Below, piece by piece: positions 35,196-35,266 of a stretch of 35,266 bases of DNA. Each line of letters starts with the position of its first letter. Position 1 is the first letter of the stretch. This stretch comes from Octopus bimaculoides. Its lineage: Eukaryota. Both the position numbers and the translations under genes were made by a program. Below the pieces are notes generated by a model. That model did not search any database. It saw only the letters and a program-made list of their open reading frames with translations, and was not told the DNA's origin. The DNA lies in assembly GCF_001194135.2 (NCBI RefSeq), contig NC_068996.1, positions 48,425,471-48,460,736 on the forward strand, read 5' to 3'.

Positions 35196-35266
35196 CTCTA
35201 GACTATATGCTGGATGCTATTTAGTTTTAAAATTCTTCAATGTTCTAAAAATTCAATTCACATCAT

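Overview
AT-rich, microsatellite-dense eukaryotic scaffold with nine N-gaps. The SINE families and repeat content point to an octopus genome, which is my recognition rather than a search result. The only host gene I can support is the 3' end of CEP104 on the minus strand: four coding exons (33284-33392, 27913-28051, 26625-26780, 23032-23120). They join in frame through GT-AG introns and encode four C2HC zinc fingers plus a short tail. The rest is transposon debris: RTE-type LINE ends, a Gypsy integrase fragment, solo LTRs, hAT, Tc1/mariner and piggyBac-type MITEs, a Helentron-like element, several tRNA-derived SINE families and long simple repeats. Almost all ORFs in the supplied track are microsatellite or N-gap artefacts. 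The most interesting signal is a tRNA-headed (Pol III) SINE carrying a minimal hammerhead-ribozyme motif of the Penelope type, in three copies. Two of these form an inverted dimer bracketed by a 12-bp duplication. A second element (~33930-34830) has a 58-bp tandem array, a TATA/Inr pair and three degenerate hammerhead-like cores. None of the ribozyme activity is demonstrated here.
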